Shown: piece by piece, positions 9,506 through 19,354 of the stretch
Layout of the letters: every line of letters starts with the position of its first letter
How positions within the stretch are numbered: the stretch's first letter is position 1
Origin: Spirochaetia bacterium
GTDB taxonomy: Bacteria > Spirochaetota > Spirochaetia > SZUA-6 > Bin103
Reading direction: 5' to 3'
Length of the DNA: 64,000 bases
Assembly (NCBI GenBank): GCA_965208575.1
Contig: CBDBOV010000004.1
Span: 800,001-864,000, forward strand
The notes under the pieces: model-generated
The model's input: only the letters and a program-made list of their open reading frames with translations
Told to the model about the DNA's origin: nothing
The model's database searches: none
Position numbers and translations under genes: made by a program

Positions 9506-11077
9506 TCATGCTCCGTCGGGACCGGCGCTCCCGCGGTTTGCGGCGGTAGCAGTCGGCCGCGGCACTGAAGCCAGCGGGAAGCGGGCGCCGCGGTCGAGGG
9601 GGTAGAGGCCGGGGCGCAGGCGGCGGTAGCGGTAGGCGGCGAAGTCGGGGCGGTGCACGCCCGGCGTGTCGAGGTCGAAGATGCGTTCGGCGATCTGCTG
9701 GTAGGTGCTGCGGAAGTGCACGGCCGACTTGAGCGCCACCAGGCGCTGCCTGCGCGGCTCGATGCCGACGCTGCGCAGCAGTTCCGCGTCGAGCGGCTGC
9801 ACCCGGCGCTCGGTCACCACCACCCGCACGCCGCCGCTCTGCAGCACCGCGGTACGGCCCATCTCGGTGACCCCGCCCGCGCCCATGCGGCTGCGGGTCA
9901 GGAAGCGGCCGTCCGACAGCAGCCGCACCACCGCGCGCAGCGCCAGCGGGTCGCCGTGGCGGCGGTCGGTCTTGCCGCCGAGGCGCACCTCGATCGTCTC
10001 CCCTACTCCGGCCGCGACGGCCACGCCTACTGCTTCGGGGTCGGCGATCACTGCCACCACCGCGTCCTCGGCGCCGGCTGCGAGCAACTCGCGCAGCACC
10101 ACGGTGCCGTCGCACGGCGCGCCGCCGCCCGGGTTGTCGGAGCCGTCGGCCAGCACTACGAGGCCGGTCGCCTGCTCGCGGGCGAAGCGGGTCGCCTCCG
10201 CGACCGGCGTCAGGGTCACGTCGAAGGCGCGCCGGCGCCGCCAGACGGCGCGCGCCAGTTCGGCCGCGTGCGCGGCGGCCAGTTCCGCCGAGCCGTCCGC
10301 GGTGACCAGTACCGACGTGCCGGCGTTGCGGATGTCCGCGAACGGAAAGCCGTACGCGATGGTGGCATCCAGCACCGCCGGCTGCCGCGCCACGGCCTGC
10401 GCACGGCGCAGCAGGGCGCGCGCCGGCGCGATCAGGGTGCATTGCTTCGGCGGCATGGTGAGGAGCGGCAACTGCACGTACGCAAGCCGCGGCCGTACCG
10501 TCTCCGCCGCGGCGGCGTGGATCAGCCTGCACGCCTGCACGCCGCGCTCGAACACGTCCACGTGCGGGTACTCCTCGAACCCGACAATCGCGTCGGCGTG
10601 CGCGGCCATGCGCGCGGTGACGTTGGCGTGCAGGTCGATGGTGACCACCAGCGGCACGCCGGCGCCCAGCACCGCGCGCGTGCGCTCGATCAGGTCGCCC
10701 TCCACGTCCTCCAGGTGCTCGCTCACCATGGCGCCGTGCAGGTCGAGCAGCACCCCGCGGCAGCCGGCCTGCCGGCGCCGCCGCGCGAGGCGCTCCAGCA
10801 ACACCCCTGCGAGTGCCTCGTACGCGGTTCGCTCCACCACGCCCGACGGGGTGGCGTACGCCCACAGCAGCGGCTCCAGCTCGAATCCCAGCTCTTCGGC
10901 AGCGGCCAGGTAGCCGCCGTGCACGGTACGGGTGCCGCGAAAGCGGCGGCGGATCCGCTCCGGCGAGGCATCGGCGGCCGGCGCGCCGGCGAAGTCGAAG
11001 TCCGCCAGCCGCGTGGGCGTAACGGCGAACGTGTTGGTCTCGTGGCCGATGGCGGCGCTGAAGAAACGGGCGGCCAT
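9506..11077 (-). CDS. M81 family metallopeptidase (MlrC-like)
   Basis: HETNTF, LDLHGAM, DLHANVT, YPHVD, DNPGGGAPCD, KSAVHFR. Confidence 0.92.
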   Translation of the reverse strand: MAARFFSAAIGHETNTFAVTPTRLADFDFAGAPAADASPERIRRRFRGTRTVHGGYLAAAEELGFELEPLLWAYATPSGVVERTAYEALAGVLLERLARRRRQAGCRGVLLDLHGAMVSEHLEDVEGDLIERTRAVLGAGVPLVVTIDLHANVTARMAAHADAIVGFEEYPHVDVFERGVQACRLIHAAAAETVRPRLAYVQLPLLTMPPKQCTLIAPARALLRRAQAVARQPAVLDATIAYGFPFADIRNAGTSVLVTADGSAELAAAHAAELARAVWRRRRAFDVTLTPVAEATRFAREQATGLVVLADGSDNPGGGAPCDGTVVLRELLAAGAEDAVVAVIADPEAVGVAVAAGVGETIEVRLGGKTDRRHGDPLALRAVVRLLSDGRFLTRSRMGAGGVTEMGRTAVLQSGGVRVVVTERRVQPLDAELLRSVGIEPRRQRLVALKSAVHFRSTYQQIAERIFDLDTPGVHRPDFAAYRYRRLRPGLYPLDRGARFPLASVPRPTATAANRGSAGPDGA

Positions 11078-11150
11078 GTGTCCAATATCGGCAACCGCCG
11101 GAGGCCGCCGCACGCCGCCGCCTGTTGTTATATTGGAACCTCCGGTAGAC

Positions 11151-13529
11151 ATGGAGCAGACCATTCCGCAGCACATCCGCGACCGGCTCGCGGCGGCCGG
11201 AGTACGCCCGGAGGAGGTGCGCCACGCGGTGCGTTCCGACCTCGACGCGGACGGCCGCTACGGGTCGCAGTGGGCGCTGGCCACGGACACCGCCCTGCAC
11301 CTGGTGAACGCCGAGCGCGTCGACTCGCACGCGCTTGCGGATCTCGGCGAAATGCAGGTGCAGGCGCTGGTCACCGGCGGTCTGCTCATGACGAGCCCCG
11401 GAGCCGCCGGCACGGAGGGTGTGGCATCTGCCACCGTCGCGGCGGCACACGGCGCCGCCACGGCCGCGCCGCTTGCCGATCCGGCCGGCACGGACGGCGC
11501 GCTCTCCGAACCCGCTCCGGCGGGCCCTGGTGACGACGCGGCCGCGCCGGCGCCGGACGCGGCGGACGGCGCCGAGCTGGATCGCCTGCTGCTGCGCTTC
11601 ACCAACAGCGAGGCGCAGCGGTTCGAGACGTTCGCCCGCGCGGTGGCCGCCCTGCAGAAGGGCGAGCGGGCACAGGCGGTCGAGGCGGAGCGGGAGCGCC
11701 ACTGCCCGCGCTGCGGGCTGCGCTACCCCGACCAGCACCGCAACGTGTGTCCGCGCTGCATAGACAAGCGCGGCCTGTTTCTGCGCGTGCTTGGTTACCT
11801 GACCCCCTACCGCGGCTGGGTGGCGGTGATCGCCGCCGCCATGGTCGCCGCCGCCGGGCTGCGCACGGTCGCGCCGCTGCTCAGCGGGCGGGTGCTGTTC
11901 GACGACGTGCTCGATCCGGCGGGGCGCTTCCACGGCCACCTCGCCGAGCTGATCGCCGTTCTGGTGGGCGTGCACCTCCTCGGCGTCCTGGCGGAGGTGC
12001 TGCACATGCGCATTACCGCGCGCGTCTCGGTGAGCATGATCTACGACCTCAAGAACGAGATCTTCGCGGCGCTGCAGCGGCTGTCGCTCGGGTTCTTCAC
12101 CCGCAAGCAGACCGGCGGGCTGATGGTTCGGGTCAATCACGACTCGGACAACCTCAACTACTTCTTCATCGACGGCCTGCCCTACTTCGTCGTCAACCTG
12201 GTGCAGATCGTGGCGATCGTGTCCGCCATGGCCGCTCTGCACTGGCCGCTTGCACTGCTGCTCCTGATCCCGGCGCCGCTGGTGATACTGATCATCCGGC
12301 GGCTGGTTCCGCAGATCTGGCGCCTGTTCGGCCGGCAGTACCGTTCGCTGGCGGTCCTCAACGGCGTGGTGGAGGACTCCCTGAGCGGCGTCCGGGTGGT
12401 CAAGGCGTTCGGCAAGGAACAGGAAGAGATCGAGCGCTTCGGGCCGGTCAACGACGAGGTGTTCCGCGCCCACCGCCGCACCCAGCGCACGCTGGCCGCC
12501 CTGTTCCCGTCCGTGGCCTTCCTGACCCAGGTGGGCGGGCTGGTGGTGTGGGCGGTAGGCGGCTGGCAGGTGGTGGCCGGCAACCTGACCTTCGGCGTAC
12601 TGATGAGCTTCGTCGGCTTCGTGGCACTGCTGTATGAGCCGTTGCGGTTCATGACCAAGGTGGTGGAGTGGTGGTCGGCCGCCATGAACTCCGCGCAGCG
12701 CATCTTCGAGATCCTCGATACGGTGCCCGAGGTCGCCGAACGCGCCGATCCGGTGCCGCTGCCGGAGATGCGGGGCGCCGTGGAATTGCGCGGCGTCACG
12801 TTCGGCTACGAGCCCAACAAGCCGGTGCTGCACGAGATCGACCTGCGGGTGGCCGCCGGCGAGACGGTGGGGCTGGTGGGGCGCACCGGCGCCGGCAAGT
12901 CGACTCTGATCAACCTGATGACCCGGCTGTACGACACCGGCTCCGGCCAGGTGCTGATCGACGGCATCGACGTGCGTGACATGCGCACCGCCGACCTGCG
13001 CCGCCAGGTGGGCATCATTCTGCAGGATCCCTACCTGTTCGCCGGCAGCGTGGCCGACAACATCGCCTACGGGCGTCCCGGCGCCAGCCGCGCGGAAGTG
13101 GTCGCGGCGGCACGGGCCGCGTTCGCCCACGACTTCATCACCGCGCTGCCCAACGGCTACGACACCGTGATCGGCAGCCGCGGCCACGGACTGTCCGGCG
13201 GCGAGCGGCAGCGCCTGTCGATCGCCCGCGCGGTGCTGCTCGATCCGCGCATCCTGATCCTGGACGAGGCGACCTCGTCGGTGGACTCGGCCACCGAGGA
13301 GATGATCCAGCACGCCCTGGAGCGGCTGATCCGCGGCCGCACCACCATCGCCATTGCCCACCGGCTGTCGACCCTGCGCATGGCGGACCGGCTGGTGGTG
13401 GTGGAAGAAGGCCGCCTGGTGGAGCAGGGCACGCACGACGAGTTGATGGCAGGCGGCGGCGTATACAGCCGGCTGGCGCGCAAACAGCAGGATGCCCTGG
13501 CGGTGATCGGGATCGGCGTCGAGCGATGA
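11151..13529 (+). CDS. ABC transporter TMD-NBD fusion with N-terminal extra domain and Zn ribbon
   Basis: CPRC-x11-CPRC before the TMD; GRTGAGKST, LSGGE, ILDEATS, AHRLS. Confidence 0.92.
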   Translation: MEQTIPQHIRDRLAAAGVRPEEVRHAVRSDLDADGRYGSQWALATDTALHLVNAERVDSHALADLGEMQVQALVTGGLLMTSPGAAGTEGVASATVAAAHGAATAAPLADPAGTDGALSEPAPAGPGDDAAAPAPDAADGAELDRLLLRFTNSEAQRFETFARAVAALQKGERAQAVEAERERHCPRCGLRYPDQHRNVCPRCIDKRGLFLRVLGYLTPYRGWVAVIAAAMVAAAGLRTVAPLLSGRVLFDDVLDPAGRFHGHLAELIAVLVGVHLLGVLAEVLHMRITARVSVSMIYDLKNEIFAALQRLSLGFFTRKQTGGLMVRVNHDSDNLNYFFIDGLPYFVVNLVQIVAIVSAMAALHWPLALLLLIPAPLVILIIRRLVPQIWRLFGRQYRSLAVLNGVVEDSLSGVRVVKAFGKEQEEIERFGPVNDEVFRAHRRTQRTLAALFPSVAFLTQVGGLVVWAVGGWQVVAGNLTFGVLMSFVGFVALLYEPLRFMTKVVEWWSAAMNSAQRIFEILDTVPEVAERADPVPLPEMRGAVELRGVTFGYEPNKPVLHEIDLRVAAGETVGLVGRTGAGKSTLINLMTRLYDTGSGQVLIDGIDVRDMRTADLRRQVGIILQDPYLFAGSVADNIAYGRPGASRAEVVAAARAAFAHDFITALPNGYDTVIGSRGHGLSGGERQRLSIARAVLLDPRILILDEATSSVDSATEEMIQHALERLIRGRTTIAIAHRLSTLRMADRLVVVEEGRLVEQGTHDELMAGGGVYSRLARKQQDALAVIGIGVER

Positions 13530-14107
13530 GCGACGAGTTGCCAACAATGCACGACCGGGTTCAGCGCGCCAACGGCAGTGGAGCATCGGACGCATCGGAC
13601 GGGTACGTTGCCGAGGTGCGCATGCTGGACCCGGCAGCGCTACGCTTTACCGCTACCGACGGCGGCTTCCTGGCACTCACCGTGACCGGAGATACGGGCG
13701 CCGAGCACTACCCGCGCATCAACGCCTTCCGAACGTTTCCGCTGAGCGCCGCCGACCACTACCTCTCGTTGCGTGCCCCGGACGGCAACGAGATCGGCAT
13801 TCTCGAGTCGCTCGCCGACTTGCGCCCGGACCAGGCGGCGCTGCTGCGCCACGAATTGGAGCGGCGCTACTTCACCCCGGTGATCGAGCGGATTCGCTCC
13901 CTGAAGGAGGAATTCGGCTACTCCTACTGGCTGGTCGATACCGATGCCGGGCAGCGCCGGTTCACGGTGCAGAGCGGCAAGAACAACGTCACGGCGGTCA
14001 GCGACCGCCGTCTGCTGATCGTCGACGTCGACGGCAACCGCTTCTTCGTGGACGACTACCGCAGCCTCGACCGCAACGTGCTGCGCACCCTGGAGACGCT
14101 GCTGTGA
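13526..14107 (+). CDS. DUF1854 family protein
   Basis: RTFPLS..YLSL...GNEIG, ELERRYFTPVI, WLVDTDAG.R.F, LLIVDVDGNRF; ATGA/GTGA coupling to both neighbours. Confidence 0.85.
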   Translation: MSDELPTMHDRVQRANGSGASDASDGYVAEVRMLDPAALRFTATDGGFLALTVTGDTGAEHYPRINAFRTFPLSAADHYLSLRAPDGNEIGILESLADLRPDQAALLRHELERRYFTPVIERIRSLKEEFGYSYWLVDTDAGQRRFTVQSGKNNVTAVSDRRLLIVDVDGNRFFVDDYRSLDRNVLRTLETLL

Positions 14108-16548
14108 GGCTGCGCTTCGAGCTCCCCGCCGAGGCCGCGGCCGAGCTGGCCGGGATTCTCGGTGCGGAAGTGCACGGTGCGGAAGCGCACGGCGCGGACG
14201 AGCTCGGCGCGGTGGCCGCTCAGTCCGCACCGGGGGCGCAAGCCGTACCGATGGTGCAGGGAGCGCCGGTGGTTCACGCCGATGCGGGGGTGCAGGCCGT
14301 CCCCGAGGAGTACGCCGCACCTTCCGAGCAGGCCGCACCTTTGGAGCAGGCCGCACCTTTGGAGCAGGCCGCACCTTTGGAGCAGGCCGCACCCTTGGTG
14401 CGGTACGCGGTGCCGGCGGACCTGACCGCGGACGGCGCGTTCGGCGACGGCTGGACGGTTGCCACCGACTTGCTGGTGGCGGTGCAGGCGCCCGGCACGC
14501 GCGGCTGGCGCACCCTGCCCCTGAGCCGGGTGGCGCGGTTCCGTGCCGACAACATGGTGGGCAGCGGGCGCCTGGTGGCGGAGCCGGCGACCAACGGCAC
14601 CGGCGGCGCGGACGGCCACGAGCAGATCCTGGCCCACTACTCCATGAGCCATGCGCCGCGCTATGCCACCTTGGCGCGCGGCCTCAACCTGCTGCTGGCC
14701 GGCAAGCGTCCCGCGGTGGACGACGCGCCCGACGAAGGCGTGTGCCCCACCTGCGGCCGCCGCCGCGAGCCCGGCACCCGCGTGTGCCGCGCCTGCACCA
14801 ACCGCGCGGCCATGATGCGCCGGCTGTGGGCCCTGGCCCGCACCCACCTGCGCTGGGTGGTTGCCGCCGTGGCGCTGTTCGCCGCCTTCACCCTGCTGTC
14901 GCTGCTGCCGCCGCAACTCACCCGGATTCTGATCGACAACCACCTGGTGCCGCGGCGCCCCGAGCTGACACCGATTCTGCTGCTGATCGGTGCGCTGGCC
15001 GTCACCTATGGGCTGACCGCGCTCACCGACGCCCTGCGCGGGCGCGCCATGGCGCAGCTCTCCAACGCCCTGGCGCGCGACCTGCGCGGCATGGTGTACA
15101 CCAATGTGCAGAAGCTCTCGCTCGGCTACCTGGGCACGCGCGACGCCGGCGACATCCTCAACCGGGTCAGCAAGGACACGCGCAACATCCAGCAGTTCAT
15201 CAACTTCTGGCTCACCGACAGCGTCGCGCAGGGGCTGTTCCTGGTCGGCGTGGCGGTGATCCTGTTCCTGCGCGAGTGGCGCCTGGCGGTACTGGTGCTG
15301 GCCCCCATTCCGGTGGTGGTGCTGCTCGCCGGCGCGGTGTGGGGCCACGTCCGGTTCCTGTTTCGCCGGCAGGAGCGGCTGTTCGACAAGGTGGACACCC
15401 TGCTGCAGGACATCCTGTCCGGCATCCGTGTCGTCAAGGCATTCGGCCGCGAACGCGCCGAGGTGGACCGCTTCCGCGCACGCAGCGGCGAGCTGCGCGA
15501 GGTGATGCGCGTCAACGAACGCACCTGGGCCAACATGATGCCGCTGTGGAGCTTCGTGATGCGCGCCGGCGAATTCCTGGTGTTCGCGGTCGGCGGCTAC
15601 CTGGTGCTGGGCGAGCGGATGAAGCTCGGCGAGCTGGTCCAATTCGTCCAGTACGCGATGCTGCTATACGGTCCGCTGGTCTGGATCGCCGGCTTGCCGC
15701 GCCGGTTTGCGGAGTCGATGACCGCCGCCGAACGGATATTCGAGTTGATCGACGAGCAGCCGGCGGTTGCCGACGGCGCCCGCCCGCGGCGCCTGGCGAT
15801 CGCGGGGAGCGTGCGGTTCGAGGACGTGGTATTCGGCTACAAGAGTCACGACCCGGTGCTGCACGACGTATCGCTGGAGGTGAGGCCCGGCGAGATGATT
15901 GGCATCGTCGGCCACTCCGGCTCCGGCAAGTCGACCCTGATCAACCTGCTGCTGCGCCTGTACGATCCGGACGAAGGGCGCATCGCCATCGACGGCGTCG
16001 ACCTGCGCGCCATCGAATTGCGCGACCTGCACCGGCAACTCGGCGTGGTGCTGCAGGAGACCTTCCTGTTCGCCGGCAGCATCGCCGAGAACATCGCCTA
16101 CGCGCGGCCCGGCGCCACGCCGGGCGAGCTCATCGCCGCCGCCAAGGTGGCCGGCGCGCACGACTTCATCTGCGCGTTCCCAGACGGCTACGACACGCGC
16201 GTCGGTGAGCGCGGCCAGCGCCTGTCGGGCGGCGAGCGCCAGCGCGTTGCCATCGCCCGCGCCATCCTGCACGACCCGCGCATCCTGATCCTGGACGAGG
16301 CCACCGCCGCGGTGGACACCGAAACCGAGGAGCAGATCCAGGCCGGGCTGTTCGCGCTGATGCAGGGACGTACCACCTTCGCCATCGCCCACCGCCTGTC
16401 TACCCTGCGCCACGCCGACCGGCTGCTGGTGCTCGACAAGGGCCGTATCGCCGAAGTGGGCAGCCACGCCGAACTGATGGCCGCCGGCGGCATCTACCAC
16501 GGCCTCGTGCAGTCGCAACGCCGCATGAACCGCCGCCACGCACTGTAG
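14104..16548 (+). CDS. Second ABC transporter TMD-NBD fusion with N-terminal extra domain and Zn ribbon
   Basis: CPTC-x10-CRAC; GHSGSGKST, LSGGE, ILDEATA, AHRLS. Confidence 0.92.
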   Translation: MRLRFELPAEAAAELAGILGAEVHGAEAHGADELGAVAAQSAPGAQAVPMVQGAPVVHADAGVQAVPEEYAAPSEQAAPLEQAAPLEQAAPLEQAAPLVRYAVPADLTADGAFGDGWTVATDLLVAVQAPGTRGWRTLPLSRVARFRADNMVGSGRLVAEPATNGTGGADGHEQILAHYSMSHAPRYATLARGLNLLLAGKRPAVDDAPDEGVCPTCGRRREPGTRVCRACTNRAAMMRRLWALARTHLRWVVAAVALFAAFTLLSLLPPQLTRILIDNHLVPRRPELTPILLLIGALAVTYGLTALTDALRGRAMAQLSNALARDLRGMVYTNVQKLSLGYLGTRDAGDILNRVSKDTRNIQQFINFWLTDSVAQGLFLVGVAVILFLREWRLAVLVLAPIPVVVLLAGAVWGHVRFLFRRQERLFDKVDTLLQDILSGIRVVKAFGRERAEVDRFRARSGELREVMRVNERTWANMMPLWSFVMRAGEFLVFAVGGYLVLGERMKLGELVQFVQYAMLLYGPLVWIAGLPRRFAESMTAAERIFELIDEQPAVADGARPRRLAIAGSVRFEDVVFGYKSHDPVLHDVSLEVRPGEMIGIVGHSGSGKSTLINLLLRLYDPDEGRIAIDGVDLRAIELRDLHRQLGVVLQETFLFAGSIAENIAYARPGATPGELIAAAKVAGAHDFICAFPDGYDTRVGERGQRLSGGERQRVAIARAILHDPRILILDEATAAVDTETEEQIQAGLFALMQGRTTFAIAHRLSTLRHADRLLVLDKGRIAEVGSHAELMAAGGIYHGLVQSQRRMNRRHAL
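14218..14397 (+). repeat. In-frame 18-bp tandem repeat (EQAAPL-like): about 10 units, the last four near-perfect
   Basis: GAGCAGGCCGCACCTTTG x3 plus GAGCAGGCCGCACCCTTG at 14326-14397; degenerate units upstream; 15-bp GAEVH/GAEAH/GADEL units at 14161-14205. Confidence 0.9.
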
Positions 16549-16562
16549 GTGGCTTCTGGCAG

Positions 16563-17696
16563 CTACACGATGCGTTCGCCGTACTTGGCCACGGCTGCGG
16601 CGGACAGGGCCAGCCCCAGGCCCGGCTGCTCCTTGAGGGTGAGCCGGCCGCCGGCGATGCGCGGCGGGTCCTCGAACAGTTCCGCCTGCAGGGGATCGCG
16701 CTCCGGATCGGTGAAGCTCTCCACGATGCACCCGGCGGGGCTGCCGGCAACGATGTGGGCGTGGATGAAGCAATCGTGGTGCGGCGCCACCTGCACGTGG
16801 TTCAGTTCGCACAGGGCGGCGAGCTTGCGGCCCTCGGTGAAGCCGCCCATCATCGTGCAGTCGAACTGCAGGATCCGGATCGCCTGCTCGTCCAGCAGGG
16901 CACGGCAGCCGTAGCTGGTCAGTTCGCTCTCGCCGGCCGACAGCGGGATGGAGGTTCGGGCGGACAGCAGCCGCAACTCGCGGCGGTCGTCGGCCCAGCG
17001 CACCGGCTCTTCCAGCCAGCGCGGGCGCAGCGGCTCCAGCAGCCGCGCCGCCTCGGTGGCGGTGTCCAGGTCCCAGGCCCGGTTTACGTCCACCATCAGG
17101 CCGGCCTCGTCGCCGATCACCTCGCGCACCAGCGCCAGGCGCTCCAGGTCGTCCGCCAGCGAGACGCCGCCCGCCTTGGCCTTGAAGGCGGTGTGTCCCT
17201 GCGCCACGAGCATCTCCATCTCGTCGCGCAACTCGGCCAGCTCCTTGCCGTCGCGGTAGTAGGCGCAGGTCACGTAGCACGGCACCACGCTGCGGTAGCC
17301 GCCGAACAACCGGTACAGCGGCAGCCCGGCGCGCTTGCCGACGATGTCCCAGGCGGCGATGTCCACGGCGGCGGAGATCCTCACCAGCGCATCGCGCGAC
17401 CAGCCGCGCTCGTGGGAGAGGCGCTGCCAGGTGAGGGAAAACAGCTTCTCGTACAGCGCCTCGGGCGCCAGCGGATCGGCGCCCACGACCAAGTCGAAGA
17501 TACCGCTGCGCACCGCGTGGATTACGGCCTCGATCGGCGTGTAGCTGGTGGCCAGCCCGATGCCGTCGATGCCATCGTCGGTGCGCAGCCGCACCAGCAA
17601 CTCGTTGGCCTTGGGCACCGTGAAGTGGCTGACCCAGTGCGGGCGCCCGCCTTCCGGTGCTCGCAAGATGTAAGCCTCGACCGCCGTGATCTTCAT
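16563..17696 (-). CDS. Mandelate racemase/muconate lactonizing enzyme family protein
   Basis: MKITAVE, DIAAWDIVGK, FKAK, MVDVN, WLEEP, AGESE, PGLG. Confidence 0.92.
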   Translation of the reverse strand: MKITAVEAYILRAPEGGRPHWVSHFTVPKANELLVRLRTDDGIDGIGLATSYTPIEAVIHAVRSGIFDLVVGADPLAPEALYEKLFSLTWQRLSHERGWSRDALVRISAAVDIAAWDIVGKRAGLPLYRLFGGYRSVVPCYVTCAYYRDGKELAELRDEMEMLVAQGHTAFKAKAGGVSLADDLERLALVREVIGDEAGLMVDVNRAWDLDTATEAARLLEPLRPRWLEEPVRWADDRRELRLLSARTSIPLSAGESELTSYGCRALLDEQAIRILQFDCTMMGGFTEGRKLAALCELNHVQVAPHHDCFIHAHIVAGSPAGCIVESFTDPERDPLQAELFEDPPRIAGGRLTLKEQPGLGLALSAAAVAKYGERIV

Positions 17697-17856
17697 GCTT
17701 TCGCCTGCGTGCCGTAGCGTGCGTCAAATTGTTGGCCCGCGACAAGCCACCCCCGCAAGGCGGCCCGCGGTGGCCGAACATCGCCGGGAGTGCTACAAAG
17801 GGAATGCGGCTTCACCTGTCGCGTGCGTTGCGATTTGAAGATCAAGAGGGCGTTCT

Positions 17857-18084
17857 TTGAGTGAGTTTGTAATCTGCTTGAACAACGAGGGTTCGGCAGC
17901 CAGCCTGACCGTAGGCAAAGTGTACCGCACCCTGCCCGACCCCAAGGCCGCCGGCCACGAATTGTTGCGCGTCCTTGATGAAGACCGTTCGGAGCGGGAT
18001 GGCTACCTCTACCCCGCAACGATGTTTACTGCCATCGAACTGCCCGAGACAGCCCGTCGGGCGCTGACTGCCGCCGGGCTCTGA
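17857..18084 (+). CDS. Small conserved hypothetical protein
   Basis: FVICLNNEG..ASL..GKVY..LPD......LRVLDE....GYLYP resembles a recurrent small protein family; coding-like codon use. Confidence 0.7.
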   Translation: MSEFVICLNNEGSAASLTVGKVYRTLPDPKAAGHELLRVLDEDRSERDGYLYPATMFTAIELPETARRALTAAGL

Positions 18085-18169
18085 ACAGGTCTTCCTGCAG
18101 CCGGTCGAGCAGATAGCAACAAACACACTCGCTTGTAGCGGGCCGCGGCGCCGTGCGACTCTGAACATC

Positions 18170-19120
18170 ATGCAGTTGCGGCGATTCGGCGACACCGACC
18201 TGGAGGTGTCGCCCATCTGTTTCGGTCCGATGCGGTTTGCCGCCAAGGATGGCACCGACGACGACGCCTCGCGCGCGGGGCGGCGCGCCCTGGAGCGGGC
18301 GCTGGAGCGCGGCGTCAACTTCGTGCACTCCAGCTACGAGTACGGCACCCGCTGGTCGATGGCCAAGGTGCTCGCCGGCCATCCGCGCCGGCACGACATC
18401 CACCACGTCATCAAGGTGCCGGTCCCCGACTTCGACGACGGCGGGCGGTTCGACGCCGCCAAGTTCCGCCTGCGCGTCGAGGAGGCGCTTACCGACCTGT
18501 ACACCGACCGCATCGCCATCCTCCAGCACCTGCAGCGCGCGCAGCCGAACAGCGATGGGAAGCGGTTGCCCGACGTCGCAGCCGTGGACGAACCGCTGCG
18601 CGAGGTGTTCGAGACGCTGCGCGCCGAGGGCAAGGTGGGCTGCCTCACCTCGTTCCCCTACACGCCCGGATTCGCCGAGGCGGCGCTGGCCAGCGGTACC
18701 TTTTCCGGACTGGTCGCGTACTACAACGCCGTCGAGTTGGAAATGGCCCGCTTCTTTCCTGCGCTGGAACAGAGCGGCGGCGGCTTTCTGTGCATCAGGC
18801 CGTTCCTGGCCGGCCTGCTTACCGACCGGCGCGCCGACCGCGACGCCCTGCCCGCCGCCGACCGCATGCGCGAGGCCTCGTGGGACGCCGCCTACCGGCG
18901 CCTGGCGATCCTGCGCGAGCGGCTGCAACCGGCGTCGGTCACCGCCTTCGCCATCCGGTTCGCCCTGGCCCACCCGATCGTCGCCAGCCTGATCGTGGGT
19001 CTGAACACGGTCGAGCAGGTCGACGAGGTGATCGACGCCGCCGCCGACCCGGCCTCGCGCTCCGCGTTCGATGAGGCGCTGGCCATCTTCCACGAGTCCG
19101 GCCCGATCACGACCGGGTAG
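18170..19120 (+). CDS. Aldo/keto reductase
   Basis: RRFGDTDLEVSPICFG, ALERGVNF, AIRFALAHP, SLIVG. Confidence 0.9.
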   Translation: MQLRRFGDTDLEVSPICFGPMRFAAKDGTDDDASRAGRRALERALERGVNFVHSSYEYGTRWSMAKVLAGHPRRHDIHHVIKVPVPDFDDGGRFDAAKFRLRVEEALTDLYTDRIAILQHLQRAQPNSDGKRLPDVAAVDEPLREVFETLRAEGKVGCLTSFPYTPGFAEAALASGTFSGLVAYYNAVELEMARFFPALEQSGGGFLCIRPFLAGLLTDRRADRDALPAADRMREASWDAAYRRLAILRERLQPASVTAFAIRFALAHPIVASLIVGLNTVEQVDEVIDAAADPASRSAFDEALAIFHESGPITTG

Positions 19121-19354
19121 CGGCGCGCCACAATCGATTCCGGGCGATCAGCCCTTCGGCTCCAGGCACGCCGTGGCCCTCCGGTCGTCCGGGAGAATCC
19201 ACGGTGAGCCATCGGTGAGCAGTCCGGGGGACGCATTGTGCCCGTCGCGGCGGAGTTTGCGATCCGGTGGCCGAGCGCGCAGGTGCGGAACACCGCCTCC
19301 CGAAACCTTGCCTTCGCAACCAACGCCCAGCGTGGCCACGTCCAGTCCTTCATG

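Noticed and set aside
9506-11077. Microcystin degradation cluster
   Set aside because: No mlrA/B/D; M81 peptidases are widespread on their own
9465-13595. 1376-aa minus-strand ORF and many other long overlapping ORFs
   Set aside because: Antisense or alternate-frame shadows of real genes in GC-rich DNA; no motifs
19121-19354. Small gene or ncRNA between the reductase and the Prim-Pol gene
   Set aside because: No convincing ORF, repeat or stable structure by eye
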